From: an uncultured Chloroflexia bacterium
Lineage (GTDB): Bacteria > Chloroflexota > Limnocylindria > Limnocylindrales > CSP1-4
DNA length: 64,000 nt
Direction of reading: 5' to 3'
Assembly: GCA_963766735.1 (NCBI GenBank)
Contig: CAVYBU010000008.1
Location: 224,001-288,000, forward strand
Under the pieces are notes generated by a model that did not search any database, was not told the origin of the DNA, and saw nothing but the letters and a program-made list of their open reading frames with translations. Position numbers and translations under genes: made by a program. Shown one piece after another: positions 11,765-21,915 of this stretch (the stretch's first letter is position 1; every line of letters begins with the position of its first letter).

Positions 11765-14266
11765 TCAGAGGGCCGCGACCGCAGCCTCCAGGCGCGTCGT
11801 CGCCGTCGCGTGGTCTGTGTCCGCGTCGAACCAGATCGGGTCGCCGATCACGAACTCCACGTCGCCGCGGAGCCGGCCGGGGAACCGCCGCCGATCGATG
11901 ATCGACATCTCGTTGATCCGCAGCTTGACCGGCACGACGGGCATGGCGCCCTCAACCGCGATGAGGCCCGCGCCTGCCTTGAACGGCTGGAGCGGTCCAC
12001 CCAGGGTCAGCCGCCCCTCGGGGTAGATGAGCACGTTGAACCCCTTGTCCAGCCGTGAGCCCAGCATCTCGAGGCTCTTGCGGACGCCGCCCTCGCGCTG
12101 CAGCGGGAACGCGTTCGCGAGGACCGAGGCCAGCACCCCCTGCACCGGGTGCTCGTAGATGGTGTCGGCCGCGGCCGCCACGGACAGCTTCCAGCGCACG
12201 GCAAATGGCAGGCGGCTGAGGATGATCGCGTTGTCCAGGTGCAGGCAGTGGTTCGGCGTGAACAGGACCGGTCCCTCCACGCCCGCGAGCCTGTCCAGGC
12301 CGGTCACGCGGACCCGGTAGAACAGGAGCACGAACGGGTACATCAGCAGGATCTGGAAGGCCAGCCCGACGGCTCTGACCGCGGGCGACAGCGGCCAGCC
12401 CCAGGACCGCTGTCCGCGCTTGGCGCCACGAGCCGCCTCCACGAGCGTGACCAGGTCCTTGACGGTGGCGTCCGGCTCAAGCGCGTCGTCATCCACGAAG
12501 ACGCCCAGCTCTTCCTCGATCACGCTGAGCAGCTCCACGCGGCGAAGCGAGTCCAGGTCCAGGTCGCTGGACAGGCGGGCCGTCTCGGCGACGGTGGAGG
12601 GATCGAGGCCCGCCACGCTCGCGATGATGGCCGTGACCGGATCGACGTCGGCATCGGCGCTGGCCCGTTGGGGATGGGAGGCCGCCGCCGGCAGGGGTGC
12701 CGTACCGGGCTGCTCCAGCTCCACGAGCCGGGCAAGGATGTCCGGCTTCCGGACCTTGAGCGTGTGAGTTCGGGGCAGGTCGGGATCAGGCCACACTGTC
12801 GTCCCGCGGATCCGCTGGTGGGGAGCCAGTCGGGCGTTGGCGGCGCGCACGACCTCCTCGGAAAGGGTGGGGTCATCCATCAGAAGCACGGCGTGGACCC
12901 GGAGTCCGGCGCCGAGCGGCCAACCCACGACCGTCGCGTCCCGGAGCCGGACGTCCTCGCGGAGGACCGCTTCCACGTCCTCCGGGTAGACCTTCTGGCC
13001 GTCGGGCAGGGCGAGCATGTCCTTCTTGCGACCCCTGAACGTGAGCATGCCCGCCGGGGTCATCGCCCCCAGGTCGCCGGTGTGGTACCAGCCGTCGGCG
13101 TCGATGGAGGCGGCCGTGGCCACCGGGTTCTGCCAGTAGCCGGCAAAGCGGCCCGGTCCCCTGGCCAGGATCTCGCCGTCGTCGGTGATCCGGACCTCGA
13201 CACCGGGGATCGGCTCGCCCACGGTGCCGAGGACGTTCCGCTCCGGTCGCGTGAAGCTCACGACCGGGCCCATCTCGGTCTGGCCGTAGCCCTGGAGGAC
13301 GTCGATCCCCATGTCCTGCCAGCGGGTCGCGACGTCAACCTCGAGCGCCGAGGCTCCGACCCCGATCGTGTGCAGCCGGCCGCCGAACTCCGACAGGACC
13401 GGCCGGAACAGCAGGCGCTTGATCCGCCGCGGGGAACGCTGCGCGACGCGGTGCAGGGTCTCGAAGCGCGAGCGCTGGCCTGCCTGGTCCACCTTGCGCT
13501 CGATGGCCGCATCAAGGAGGCGAAGCCCCTGGGGAACGATCAGCAGGACCGAGACCTTGAAGTCGCGGAACGTGCGGAAGAGGACGGCGGGCTGGCGGCT
13601 CACGGGGTAGACGATGCTCGCGCCCACGATGAGCGGTCCGATCAGTCCCAGGACCTGCTCGTAGAGGTGCGAGAGGGGCAGGATGGACAGCAGCCGGTCC
13701 TTCTCGTTGAACGGCAGGACCTGCGTCATCGAGGTGGCGCAGCCGACGAGGTTGCCGTGGCTGAGCATCGCGCCCTTCGGCTCGCCCGTGGTCCCACTGG
13801 TGAACACGATCTCCGCTAGCGTGTCCCGATCTACCGGGACGGCGGGCAGCGGCTCGGCGCGACGGGCGAGATCTGGGAGGGTCTCCAGCCACACGATCGG
13901 CAGCCCCAGCTGACGGGCCGACGCCTCGGTCTGGCGGGTCGCGACGACGATCGTGGCCCCCGTCTGGGCGACGATCTTGCGCCCGAACTCCACGGTGTGC
14001 CGGACGTCGAGCGGGACGGCGACGCCGCCGGCGTGGACGGTGGCCAGGAGCGCGATGCCCCACTCCGGGCGGTTGACGGCCCAGATGATCGCCCGGTCGC
14101 CGGGACGGAGACCGGCGTCGGTGAGCACCCTGGCGGCGCGGGGGACTATCGTCGCGAGATCGCGGTAGCGCCACGTCCGGGTCCGGAAGGACGGCCGGAT
14201 CATCAGGGCCGGGCGCGCGTCGAACCGTTGCGCGCTCTCCTGAACCAGCTCTTGCAGAGTCTCCAC
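11765..14266 (-). CDS. Acyl-CoA/ACP synthetase-ACP-PlsC acyltransferase fusion (Aas-like)
   Basis: AMP-binding FTSGTTGEPKG, GYGQTE, YHTGDLG; ACP motif LDLDSL; PlsC NHxxxxD (NHCLHLD) and YPEG. Confidence 0.9.
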   Translation of the reverse strand: METLQELVQESAQRFDARPALMIRPSFRTRTWRYRDLATIVPRAARVLTDAGLRPGDRAIIWAVNRPEWGIALLATVHAGGVAVPLDVRHTVEFGRKIVAQTGATIVVATRQTEASARQLGLPIVWLETLPDLARRAEPLPAVPVDRDTLAEIVFTSGTTGEPKGAMLSHGNLVGCATSMTQVLPFNEKDRLLSILPLSHLYEQVLGLIGPLIVGASIVYPVSRQPAVLFRTFRDFKVSVLLIVPQGLRLLDAAIERKVDQAGQRSRFETLHRVAQRSPRRIKRLLFRPVLSEFGGRLHTIGVGASALEVDVATRWQDMGIDVLQGYGQTEMGPVVSFTRPERNVLGTVGEPIPGVEVRITDDGEILARGPGRFAGYWQNPVATAASIDADGWYHTGDLGAMTPAGMLTFRGRKKDMLALPDGQKVYPEDVEAVLREDVRLRDATVVGWPLGAGLRVHAVLLMDDPTLSEEVVRAANARLAPHQRIRGTTVWPDPDLPRTHTLKVRKPDILARLVELEQPGTAPLPAAASHPQRASADADVDPVTAIIASVAGLDPSTVAETARLSSDLDLDSLRRVELLSVIEEELGVFVDDDALEPDATVKDLVTLVEAARGAKRGQRSWGWPLSPAVRAVGLAFQILLMYPFVLLFYRVRVTGLDRLAGVEGPVLFTPNHCLHLDNAIILSRLPFAVRWKLSVAAAADTIYEHPVQGVLASVLANAFPLQREGGVRKSLEMLGSRLDKGFNVLIYPEGRLTLGGPLQPFKAGAGLIAVEGAMPVVPVKLRINEMSIIDRRRFPGRLRGDVEFVIGDPIWFDADTDHATATTRLEAAVAAL

Positions 14267-14294
14267 GTCGGAATCCCTCCTCGTCGTCCGCCGT

Positions 14295-14978
14295 TCAGGT
14301 TCCTGGCCCGTTCGCAAGCTCCGAGAGCGTCCGCGCCGCATCCACGGTCAGCGGCGGGTAATGGGCGAAGACGATCACGTCGACGTCCAGCTCGGCCAGA
14401 CGTTTCAGGGACCGCTTCGCTGCCCGGTGGTCGTCGCTGTAGAGCGCGCTGGCGTGGGACACGCGTCCGAAGCGCCGCTGGAGCACGTCGCCCACGAAAA
14501 GCACCCGATCGCGGGCGCCGTACAGGCAGACGCTCCCTGGTGTGTGCCCCGGCGTGTGGACGACCTCGAGCCCACCGAGCACGGGCAGCACGTCTCCATC
14601 GCGGATCGGCGTGAAGTCGGGGAGCTCCGGGGTCATGGCTGCGAAGACGCGCCCGCGCGACGGGTGACGCAGCGCGGTCCGCCAGCCGGTCCGCATCGCC
14701 TCGCCATCGGCCGGATGGATGAGGACCTCGATGCCCATCGCCGCCAGTTCGCGCGCGCCGCCGGCGTGATCGGGATGCCCGTGGGTGCAGATGACGCGGG
14801 CGAGATCGCCGAGGGAACGATCGTGCCCAGCGAGCGCCCTCTCTATTCGGCTGCTCGAGCCGGCATACCCGGCGTCGATCAGCGTGGCTGGCTCCTCGTC
14901 CACCAGGTAGGCGCGGACGCGCACGAGCGACACCGCGTGGACGCGCGCGGGAACCGAAGCGTCGTCTCCCATCGCCAT
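14295..14978 (-). CDS. MBL-fold metallo-hydrolase
   Basis: THGHPDHAG, HTPGHTPGS, GD and AH motifs. Confidence 0.9.
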   Translation of the reverse strand: MAMGDDASVPARVHAVSLVRVRAYLVDEEPATLIDAGYAGSSSRIERALAGHDRSLGDLARVICTHGHPDHAGGARELAAMGIEVLIHPADGEAMRTGWRTALRHPSRGRVFAAMTPELPDFTPIRDGDVLPVLGGLEVVHTPGHTPGSVCLYGARDRVLFVGDVLQRRFGRVSHASALYSDDHRAAKRSLKRLAELDVDVIVFAHYPPLTVDAARTLSELANGPGT

Positions 14979-15249
14979 GCCCCTGTGACGCGAGTGGCCA
15001 CGATCCGTTGCGCCACGGCGTGCCCTCGCCCGTCTGGAGGGATTCCGCCGCATGGATCCCGGGCTGTCCAGATCCATGCGGCAGGGCGGCCCGGGGGTGA
15101 GCCCCGGGCCGTGACGGCTTGGCTCAGCGTGCGAAGTAGAGGGTCCGCGGGGCCGCGCGAGCTAGGTGTGCCGTCCGGGGCGGCGGACCGGTCGGGCGGC
15201 GCGGGCAGCCGTCATGCCGGAGCTCGAACGCCTCCACATGGGCGGGCCG

Positions 15250-15505
15250 CAGGCATCTTCGACGAAGCCCTCGAGCGCCGGATCGATGCCGTCCGAGCAG
15301 CCCGCGCCGCGCCGATCGATCACGATCAGCCGGGCGAAGCGTGCGAGGTCGTCCAGGAACGCGGCATACGGCGGGTACCGCCGGTTCCACTCGAGGCTCG
15401 AGTACCAGCTGGGCAGGTAGACCAGGTCGACGGGCCCGGTGCCCGTGATCTCGTGGCGATCGATGCCCCGCCCAGGGTCGCGTAGAGGATGTCGCGCGGC
15501 TCACC
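15250..15505 (-). pseudogene. Frameshifted, truncated alpha/beta-hydrolase N-terminus (paralogue of the adjacent hydrolase-cyclase)
   Basis: Manual translation: DILYATLGGASIA / EITGTGPVDLVYLPSWYSSLEW...FLDDLARFARLIVIDRRGAGCSD; one base missing at the junction; boundaries approximate. Confidence 0.75.
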
Positions 15506-16865
15506 CGCGAGTCTGGACCACCCGGTACAGGTGCCAGCGGTCCGGCACGCCCTTGAGCTCGTGCTCGTCGCGGTCCTCGTAGGCGATGCCGGAGCCCGCG
15601 GTGAGGTCCTTGACAGTGGAGGAGACCCAGACCTCGCCGGCATGCGCCAGCGCCCCCACCCGCGCCCCGATGTGGACGCCCACGCCTGCGACCCCGTGAT
15701 CGGCGCGCTCGACCTCGCCGGTGTGGAGCCCGGCCCGGATCTCGACCCCCAGGGGCCGACCGGCCTCGATGATCGCCTGGGCGCAGCGGATGGCCCTCGC
15801 GGGGCCATCGAACGTGGCCAGCAGGCCGTCTCCCGTGCTGTGGACGAACTCCCCCCGGTAGCGGGCCACGATCGCCTTGGCGGCCCGGTCGTGCTCGTCG
15901 ATGAGCCGGCGCCACTTGGCATCGCCCAGCACGGCGGCCGTGGCGGTGGAGTCGACGATGTCGGTGAACAGGACCGTGGCGAGGACGCGGTCGAAGGACT
16001 CCTGCTCCTCGCGGGTGGCGCGAACGAAGTCCCGCAGCGCGCCGACCGCCGACTCGATGTTCGAGGGCCACGGCGGGAAGTCGCCGGCCGGGACCATGAT
16101 GGTCTTGGCGCCCGGGATTCGGGCGGCGAGATCCTCGCGGGCGCGCAGCACGTCCGGGTCCTCGGGTTCCTCCGTGAAGATGGCGAGCGTTGGCACGTGG
16201 ATGCTCGGGCAGACCGCCCGGAAGTCGAGCTCCTCGAACATCTGGTTGAAGGCGATCACGTCGCCTGGAGAGCCCATGTTCCGGCAGGTCCTCGCCGCCC
16301 ACCGGACGGCGACCGGGTCGGCCGCGATTGATGGTGCGCCCATCTGGGTCATGAGGTCGCCCGCGCGTTCCTCGAGTCCCCACGCTTCCTCGAGGGTTGC
16401 CCTCCACGCCCTCGTCTCGCTGGGGTCCGCGCCGAACGGATAGTCCAGGGTGCGCGTCACCTTCGCCTGAGCATTCCAGAACGCGAGCGCGACCGCCCGG
16501 TCGGGGTAGGTCGCGGCGAACATCGCACACAGGGAACCCCCGTCGACCCCGGCTCCCCAGAGCACCGTACGTTTCGACCCCGCCGCGTCGAGAACGGCGC
16601 GGAGGTCATCCATCCGGGTCTCGAGGTCGGGCAGACCCTTCGAACGATCGGACAGGCCCACGCCCCGCTGGTCGAGCATGATCAGGCGCGCGAAGGACGC
16701 CATCTCGCGGTGGAAGCGCGCGACCGGCGGATGCTCCCAGAGCAACTCCAGGTGCGAGAACCAGGGCGAGATCCAGAGCAGGTCGACGTCGCCCTGCCCG
16801 AACACCTGGTAGGCGATGTAGGCGCCGTCGTTGCTGCGCGCATAGCGTGTCTCGGGGATGTTCAC
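15501..16865 (-). CDS. Alpha/beta-hydrolase plus class III adenylate/guanylate cyclase (LipJ-like)
   Basis: PETRYA..IAYQVFG, DQRGVGLSD; cyclase VLFTDIVDST, TGDG, RAGLHTGE, LKGVP..WHLY. Confidence 0.93.
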   Translation of the reverse strand: MNIPETRYARSNDGAYIAYQVFGQGDVDLLWISPWFSHLELLWEHPPVARFHREMASFARLIMLDQRGVGLSDRSKGLPDLETRMDDLRAVLDAAGSKRTVLWGAGVDGGSLCAMFAATYPDRAVALAFWNAQAKVTRTLDYPFGADPSETRAWRATLEEAWGLEERAGDLMTQMGAPSIAADPVAVRWAARTCRNMGSPGDVIAFNQMFEELDFRAVCPSIHVPTLAIFTEEPEDPDVLRAREDLAARIPGAKTIMVPAGDFPPWPSNIESAVGALRDFVRATREEQESFDRVLATVLFTDIVDSTATAAVLGDAKWRRLIDEHDRAAKAIVARYRGEFVHSTGDGLLATFDGPARAIRCAQAIIEAGRPLGVEIRAGLHTGEVERADHGVAGVGVHIGARVGALAHAGEVWVSSTVKDLTAGSGIAYEDRDEHELKGVPDRWHLYRVVQTRG

Positions 16866-16944
16866 GTGTTCACCACCCAGTACAGGTGCCAGCGGTCCGG
16901 CACACGCCGTTCCAGGCGTATCGCGTCTCGGGTCGTCTGGTCAT
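16862..16944 (-). pseudogene. 83-bp deletion scar of a third hydrolase-cyclase paralogue
   Basis: Encodes the family N-terminus MTRRPETRYAWNG joined out of frame to the family C-terminus VPDRWHLYWVVNT-stop. Confidence 0.75.
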
Positions 16945-17363
16945 TGGCGCCTACCACTTGATCGCTGTCGCCGCGCTCCGGGATCCCGCACCTAGCGACC
17001 GCCCCCGTGCGGCGCGTCCAGCAGGTCGGCGGAATCTAGCACCGAGGACCAGTCGCAACTCGCCTGCGGAGCGCTGGCACCGGTCTGCCGCCGCCTGAGC
17101 GCTACACCTGAGCGCGAGCGACCGAACGCGGGCAGAGCTCACCAGCGGGGCACGGCGACGCGCGCGGGGCGGTTCCGCTGCTCCAGGGAGCGCTCTCGGT
17201 CCGATGGTCGGGCGGTCGACGCCGCAGGGGTGAGCTTCGGGCCGTAGCCGCAGGATCAGCGCGCGGAAGCCGGCGGCGGCGACCGCACGCGGTGCGCAGG
17301 ACTTCACCGCCGCGGGCGACCTCGAGGTCGCACGCTCGGTGCGCCGCTGCCGGGGCTGGCGAA

Positions 17364-17393
17364 TTGACGCCGCGGCGCGCATTCCGATATGCT
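17364..17393 (+). promoter_or_regulatory. Probable sigma-70 promoter of rho
   Basis: TTGACG-N18-TATGCT about 130 nt upstream of the start. Confidence 0.55.
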
Positions 17394-17524
17394 CCAAGCA
17401 TCCCCACCGGCCGCGTGCGACGGCACCCCAATTCCGCACGAGTACGGCCCGTGGCGCGACCCATTCTCTCGCCGCCGGATTCCGCCGCCGACGGGACCCC
17501 GCCCTCCGAGGTGCGTGCAACCCC

Positions 17525-18907
17525 ATGCCGAACGGCCCCGACCAGCGCTCCAGCCGCAACCGCCGGCCGCGCCGTCGCCCCCAGTCCACCAATCGCCTGC
17601 CTGTCACCGAACAGGACGAGGTAGCAGAGCTCGAAGCCGCCCGCGAGCGAAACGACCTGGACATCCGCGACTTGCGCGAGATGTCCGTCAAGGAGCTCCG
17701 CGAGGTCGTCACGGGCCTCGAGGTGGACATCGAGTCGACAGACCGCCGCGACGAGCTGGTGGACCAGATCCTCCAGGCCCAGACCGAGCGTGCCGGGCTG
17801 GACTACGCCTTCGGCATCCTGGACATCGTGGACGAGGGCTACGGCTTCATGCGCCGCCACGGGCTGCTGCCGAGCCCGGATGACGTCTACGTCTCCTCCA
17901 GCCAGGTGCGCCGCTTCGGCCTGCGCATCGGCGACCGCGTCACCGGCGCCGTCCGCGCCCCGCACGAGGGCGAGAAGTTCTGGGGCCTGATCCGGGTCGA
18001 CAGCGTCAACGGCGTCGATACCGACACCGCCCGCCGCCGCCCGCATTTCGGGGACCTGACGCCGATCCACCCGATCGAGCTGATCAACCTCGAGTCTGAC
18101 CCGAAGAACCTGAGCCAGCGGCTGGTCAACCTGGTCAACCCGCTCGGCAAGGGCCAGCGCGCCCTGATCGTGAGCCCGCCCAAGGCCGGCAAGACGATGC
18201 TGCTCAAGAGCATCGCAAACGGCATCAGCGACAACTACCCGGACATCCTCCTCATGGTCGCCCTCATCGGCGAGCGTCCCGAGGAGGTCACGGACATGCG
18301 CCGGTCCGTCCACGGGGAGGTCATCAGCTCCACCTTCGACGAGCCGACGGAGAACCACACGCACGTTGCGGAGATGGCGCTGGAGATCGCCAAGCGCCAG
18401 GTCGAGACCGGCCGGGATGTCGTGATCCTGCTGGACTCGATCACCCGCCTGACGCGCGCGTACAACCTTGCGCTTCCGCCCAGCGGCCGGACGCTCTCGG
18501 GCGGCATCGACCCGATCGCCCTCTACCCGCCCAAGCGCTTCTTCGGCGCCGCGCGCAAGATCGAGGAGGGCGGCTCTCTCACGATCATCGCCACCTGCCT
18601 CGTTGACACCGGGTCCCGGATGGACGATGTCATCTACGAGGAGTTCAAGGGCACCGGCAACTCGGAGCTCATCCTGGACCGGAAGCTGGCGGAGAAGCGG
18701 ATCTTCCCGTCGATCGACGTGCAGCGCTCGGGCACCCGCCGCGAGGAGCTCCTTCTCGAGGAGGGCACCCTCAAGATGGTCTGGACGATGCGCCGGATGC
18801 TGTCGGCGGTCGGGACCAACGAGGGGATCGAGCTCCTGCTCAACCGGATCGCGAAGACCGAGAGCAATGCGCAATTCCTGGCGCAGCTGACCAAGAGCGC
18901 GGAGTAG
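17525..18907 (+). CDS. rho: Transcription termination factor Rho
   Basis: [48 protein letters not shown]. Confidence 0.99.
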   Translation: MPNGPDQRSSRNRRPRRRPQSTNRLPVTEQDEVAELEAARERNDLDIRDLREMSVKELREVVTGLEVDIESTDRRDELVDQILQAQTERAGLDYAFGILDIVDEGYGFMRRHGLLPSPDDVYVSSSQVRRFGLRIGDRVTGAVRAPHEGEKFWGLIRVDSVNGVDTDTARRRPHFGDLTPIHPIELINLESDPKNLSQRLVNLVNPLGKGQRALIVSPPKAGKTMLLKSIANGISDNYPDILLMVALIGERPEEVTDMRRSVHGEVISSTFDEPTENHTHVAEMALEIAKRQVETGRDVVILLDSITRLTRAYNLALPPSGRTLSGGIDPIALYPPKRFFGAARKIEEGGSLTIIATCLVDTGSRMDDVIYEEFKGTGNSELILDRKLAEKRIFPSIDVQRSGTRREELLLEEGTLKMVWTMRRMLSAVGTNEGIELLLNRIAKTESNAQFLAQLTKSAE

Positions 18908-19207
18908 GGCGACCGCCCGCGGTCTGCGCGGTGTCCGCCCGCCGTCTGCCCGCGACCCTTCTGATTTGCGCAGAGTCAGGACCTTTGGCCCCTGATTCGG
19001 CGCCCAACGGCCTCCACGGAACGAGGTCCCGAGGTTTGCGCCCCCTTCGACGGCTCTGGTAGGGTTCGCTGCAGTCGACGGTTGACCCGGAGTACTGGTG
19101 GGTCGGCCGCGGGGGTCGAACAGCCTTCCATCGCGACCTCCGAGGGATCGGGCCGGCACCCATCGGTGTTGGACCCCCGGACCCACTTCTCGTGCCAGGA
19201 GACCGTA

Positions 19208-20572
19208 TTGCAGAAGCAGCCGGACGGCACGCAGCGTCCTGAGGACGTCCTGCGTCAGGTCCGACGCCCCGCCTCTCTCGCGTCACGGATCAACCGCCAG
19301 AGCATCAGCGCAGCCAGCGCGCTCCGGGCCCGGTTCCGGGGCCGTGCTGCCCTCCCCGCAGGCTCCCTGATCGCCGCACTCGCAGCCGCCCTTCGCCCGT
19401 TCGCGACCGCTGAGCGCGCCCTTCCCGTGGCCGTCGCCGCGATCGTTGCCCTTGCCTCGCTGCTTGCCCTCCTCCCGAACACCCCGCAGGGCGCCGTCGG
19501 TGGCACCCAGGGACGCGGCTCGGACGTCCGCATCGCAGTCGGCGGTGGGCTCGGGTACGAGGAGGCCATCGACCTCGAGGGGGGTGTCGATCCTCAGCTC
19601 AACGGCGGCGGGTACATGACCGATGCCAGCTTCGAGCCCATCAGGATCCCCGACGTCATCATGGGTGCGGCCAACTCCGAGCAGGCCACCACCGAGCCCG
19701 GGCCCGTCCTCGATGACGGGACGATCCTCACGGGCTATGCCCCCGACACCACCGTCGAGGATGGTTCCGAGCTGCTCGAGACCTACAAGGTCAAGTCCGG
19801 TGACACGCTGGTAGGGATCGCCCACAAGTTCGACGTCTCGATGATGACCCTGTGGTGGGCGAACAAGCTCAAGTCCAAGGACGATCTCAGGATCGGCCAG
19901 GTGCTCAGGATCCCGCCGGTCAACGGTCTCGTGATCACGGTCAAGGAGACTGACACGCTCGAGTCGCTGGCTGCGAAGTACGACGTCAGCGAAGCGAGGA
20001 TCGTCGATCTCAACGAGCTGGCTGATCCGACGCTCGTCGTCGACCAGGTCCTCATCCTGCCGGGAGCAAAGGGCGCCCCGATCCCGACGCCCAAGCCCAC
20101 GCCCAAGCCGACAGTCAAACCCCGCAGCGCCTCCAGTGGCGGCAGCACCTCCCGCAGCAGCTCCTCCCGCGGCGGTCCGGCGAACTACAACGGCGGCTCG
20201 TTCCGGTGGCCGGTCGTCGGTGGCGGCAACTACATCAGCCAGTACTACCGCTACGGCCACTACGGCGTGGACATCGCCGCGGACTACGGATCCCGGGTCG
20301 TCGCGGCGGCCGGCGGGAAGGTGATCTTCGCGGGCTGGAAGTCCAACGGCGGCGGCTGGCAGGTCTGGATCTCGCACGGCAGCGGCCTGTACACGACGTA
20401 CAACCACATGTCGGGCGTCTCCGTGGGCAACGGCCAGTCCGTCGGCAAGGGCCAGCAGGTCGGCCGGATCGGCCAGAGCGGCCGTGCCACCGGTCCGCAC
20501 CTCCACTTCGAGGTCTGGCGCGGCAGGATCTGGGACGGCGGCCAGCGGGTCAACCCGCTGCGGTACTTCTAG
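19208..20572 (+). CDS. LysM-repeat M23 family peptidase
   Basis: RBS AGGAG then TTG (start uncertain); TM helix; two LysM domains (YKVKSGDTL, VKETDTL); M23 motifs HYGVD and HLHFE. Confidence 0.92.
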   Translation: MQKQPDGTQRPEDVLRQVRRPASLASRINRQSISAASALRARFRGRAALPAGSLIAALAAALRPFATAERALPVAVAAIVALASLLALLPNTPQGAVGGTQGRGSDVRIAVGGGLGYEEAIDLEGGVDPQLNGGGYMTDASFEPIRIPDVIMGAANSEQATTEPGPVLDDGTILTGYAPDTTVEDGSELLETYKVKSGDTLVGIAHKFDVSMMTLWWANKLKSKDDLRIGQVLRIPPVNGLVITVKETDTLESLAAKYDVSEARIVDLNELADPTLVVDQVLILPGAKGAPIPTPKPTPKPTVKPRSASSGGSTSRSSSSRGGPANYNGGSFRWPVVGGGNYISQYYRYGHYGVDIAADYGSRVVAAAGGKVIFAGWKSNGGGWQVWISHGSGLYTTYNHMSGVSVGNGQSVGKGQQVGRIGQSGRATGPHLHFEVWRGRIWDGGQRVNPLRYF

Positions 20573-20625
20573 CCGGCACTGCCCCGTTCCCGACCGCGCC
20601 GGGGACCCGTGCGACAATGCCCGCG

Positions 20626-21915
20626 ATGTTCCTAGATGACGTTCGCATCGTCGTGCGCGCCGGAGCCGGCGGCGACGGCGCCTCCACCTTCCGTCGGGAG
20701 GCCCACGTGCCGCGCGGTGGCCCCGACGGGGGCGACGGCGGTCGCGGAGGGTCCGTCTACCTGAGGGTGGACGCCGGTCAGACCACCCTCCATGACTTCC
20801 GCTTCAAGCACCATTTCTCGGCCACGCCGGGCGGCCGCGGAGAGCGGTCCAAGCGTCACGGCAAGGCCGGCCAGGATCTGCGGCTGGCGGTCCCGCCCGG
20901 CACGGCGGTCATCGACATCGCGAGCGGCGAGCTTGTCGCGGACCTCGTGGCCGTGGGCCAGGAGGCCATGATCGCGAAGGGCGGCCGCGGCGGGCTCGGC
21001 AACGTGCACTTCGCCACGGCCACGCACCAGGCACCCAAGCACGCGCAGAAGGGCATCCCCGGCGAGGGGCGCGAGTACCGCCTGGAGCTGCGGCTGATCG
21101 CGGACATCGGCCTTGTCGGCCTGCCGAATGCCGGCAAGTCCACGCTGCTCGCCGCCCTGACGGCGGCCACGCCGAAGATCGCCGCCTACCCGTTCACCAC
21201 CCTGGAGCCGAACCTGGGCGTGATGGACCTGGGCCTCGATGACGGCCGACGCCCGACCATCGCGGACGTCCCGGGCCTGATCGAAGGCGCGTCTGATGGA
21301 GCAGGCCTCGGCCACGCGTTCCTGCGCCACGTCGAGCGGACGCGGATCCTGCTGCACATCGTGGACGGCGCGGCGCGCGATCCTCGCTGGGATCATGACG
21401 TCATCCGCGACGAGCTGGAGGCCCACGACCCGGCGTTGCTGGCCAAGCCCATGCTGGTCGTGTTCAACAAGATGGACCTGGCGGAAGCCCGCGAGGCCTG
21501 GCCGGCGTTCGAGGCGGCCCTGCGGGGCCTGGACGTGCCGGTGCTTGCGATCTCGGCCGATACGGGCGAAGGGCTGGAGGAGCTGCGCACCGCCATGGGG
21601 GGGCTGCTGCCCGATGCGGACGAGCTCGCGGAGCCCCCCGAAACCGCCGGCGTGGTGATTCACCGGCTCGAGGCCTCGGACGACAGGTTCGAGATCGAGC
21701 GCGAGGACGATGCGTTCCGGGTGCGCGGCCGCCGCATCGAGCGGCTCACGACCCAGACGAACTTCGATGTCGAGGAGTCCGCCGAACGGTTCCAGCGGGA
21801 GCTGGCCAGGCACGGGGTTGACACGGCCCTGCGCAAGGCGGGCATCCGGCCCGGCGACATGGTCCGGATCGCCGAGGTGGAGCTGGAGTGGGAGTCGATC
21901 GAGTACGGCCGGTGA
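20626..21915 (+). CDS. obgE: GTPase ObgE/CgtA
   Basis: FRRE..VPRGGPDGGDGGRGG, GLPNAGKST, YPFTTLEP, DVPG, NKMD; C-terminal OCT domain. Confidence 0.98.
   Translation: MFLDDVRIVVRAGAGGDGASTFRREAHVPRGGPDGGDGGRGGSVYLRVDAGQTTLHDFRFKHHFSATPGGRGERSKRHGKAGQDLRLAVPPGTAVIDIASGELVADLVAVGQEAMIAKGGRGGLGNVHFATATHQAPKHAQKGIPGEGREYRLELRLIADIGLVGLPNAGKSTLLAALTAATPKIAAYPFTTLEPNLGVMDLGLDDGRRPTIADVPGLIEGASDGAGLGHAFLRHVERTRILLHIVDGAARDPRWDHDVIRDELEAHDPALLAKPMLVVFNKMDLAEAREAWPAFEAALRGLDVPVLAISADTGEGLEELRTAMGGLLPDADELAEPPETAGVVIHRLEASDDRFEIEREDDAFRVRGRRIERLTTQTNFDVEESAERFQRELARHGVDTALRKAGIRPGDMVRIAEVELEWESIEYGR

Noticed and set aside
16950-17360. Possible gene or ncRNA upstream of rho
   Set aside because: No ORF with credible motifs or RBS and no recognisable RNA consensus
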